From Raillietiella orientalis (lineage: Eukaryota): a DNA stretch of 64,000 nucleotides. The stretch covers positions 2,170,001-2,234,000 of the forward strand of contig JAYWIR010000012.1 in assembly GCA_036172245.1 (NCBI GenBank), read 5' to 3'. Within the stretch, counting starts at the first letter, position 1. The number at the start of each line of letters is the position of its first letter. Both the position numbers and the translations under genes were made by a program. The notes beneath the pieces are model-generated. The model was not told the DNA's origin, made no database searches, and saw nothing but the letters and a program-made list of their open reading frames with translations. Below are positions 62,748 through 64,000 of this stretch, one piece after another.

Positions 62748-64000
62748 CTGGAAAGAACAGTCAGGAGGAGGAGGAGGGAGGAATGAAAAGAGGGGAGGGG
62801 GTGGGATGGTGGCGCTCCATCCCCGTCCTCCAGCGCCCGCGTGGTGTGGGAGGACTGGATACGCTTGGAACGCGCCGGGGATGAAAGGATCCTCTGGATG
62901 GAAAACAAACTGATACCTCCCACCGCCACCCCTACCTCCCCTGCGATCCCTCATTCCAGAGTCGGATAGAGGAGCGTCGTCCCTCTCGCCTTTGCACGCG
63001 AGGGCCGCCTCCCGAGAGCACGAGTAGCGCGAAGGTGCAGACTGGGAGACTTCAAACCGCTTTCGACCGCTCGCCTGATCCTTCTGGAAGAAGAGGGGCA
63101 AGGAAGAAGCAAAGGGGACTGCTGCCGTCCCCGAAGGGGCGAAGAAGAAACGAGGGTGCCTGCTGCCATCCCCGGAGGGGCGAAGAAGAAGCGTTGTCTG
63201 CTGCTGCCGGCAGTCCGAGCGTGATATCCCACTCCACCTCCTCCCCGAAGACCCGGATCCAGTGTTGGGCTCTGCTGGCAGTCCGCGGGCCGCTCGCCCC
63301 CTCATTCCGCCGCGGAATAGCTGCTCGTCCGGCGCCTCCCCCAACGGGAGGGATGAACGCTCCGCGCCTCTGCACCTCTTCCTCTCGGAAGGCTGAGACG
63401 GTGCGCAAAGGGCAACCTCGGCCGGGCGCCACGACGGCGACTGCGTTTCAGTGGGTCCTACGCCATCGCTCGCCGGGCAGCTCGGGAAGGCAGTGCGGAC
63501 CAGGATCAGTTTCTCTCCCTGCGAGTGCCACCCGGGGCACCCCAGCGTGCGGTAAGGCCTCCCGGCAGCGCCGAGCGAGAGTCGTCCCTCTCCGTTCCCC
63601 CCGTCTGTACACACCACGCCGTCGTACAGTGCGGCCCAAATCACGATGCGAACAGATGTCCGATCAGAACCCTGTCGCCGAGGAAGACAAACAGCTCCCA
63701 CGGTGCCGTATCTATTTATAGACTTCAATCTGCAGCGCGTTCCCTCCAGAATTCCTTGTTCCCTCTGCAGCTGCACTCGACTCCGCGCGCGGACCGGCGC
63801 CCGTCCGCCCGGCGCGAACCATCCGCGGGAACGGGGAAGGGACAACGCGGAAAGAATCCCTGCCTGCGGTGGGAGGGGAGGAGGAGGAGGAGGGAAGATC
63901 TCTCCAGCTTCTCCGAGAAGGGCGGTGGTGCCTCTCGCGATCGCACCACAGTTCGGGACTCGCTCCGTCTGACCGCGCGGAGGGACTTTTCCTTTCGTGA

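Noticed and set aside
62900..64000. Upstream Ig exons of the sidestep-like gene
   Set aside because: A candidate acceptor near 63085 gives no Ig motif, so the 5' exons probably lie beyond the window.
1..64000. CRISPR arrays, rRNA, prokaryotic operons or defence systems
   Set aside because: No regularly spaced repeats, rRNA-like sequence or dense intronless ORFs. The genes are spliceosomal-intron eukaryotic genes.

Overview
Eukaryotic, intron-containing DNA, most likely an arthropod (inferred from a sidestep-type Ig gene and Utopia/NeSL-like retroelements). Three minus-strand spliced genes can be built by hand. (1) A complete 15-exon FAM91A1 orthologue (35347->24376, 756 aa). (2) The 3' seven exons of a sidestep/nephrin-like Ig-Ig-Ig-FN3-TM receptor (62747->50064); its 5' exons were not found in the window. 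(3) The first three coding exons of an unrecognised signal-peptide protein that runs off the left edge (417->44). Most of the rest is GC-rich, heavily decayed retrotransposon sequence: L1/Tx1-like, Utopia/R2-like, I/Jockey-like, a possible Gypsy integrase, and a long tRNA-headed SINE-like family. An AT-rich island (~29.4-38.9 kb) covers the 5' half and upstream region of FAM91A1. The most striking structure is a direct duplication bracketing FAM91A1 exon 1. Its 617-bp core is identical between copies, its flanks are diverged, the upstream copy sits in a 28-bp target-site-like repeat, and the left flank of the intronic copy shows directional CpG loss. Most long ORFs in the six-frame track are GC-rich artefacts. 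All homology calls are from motif recognition by eye, not database searches.
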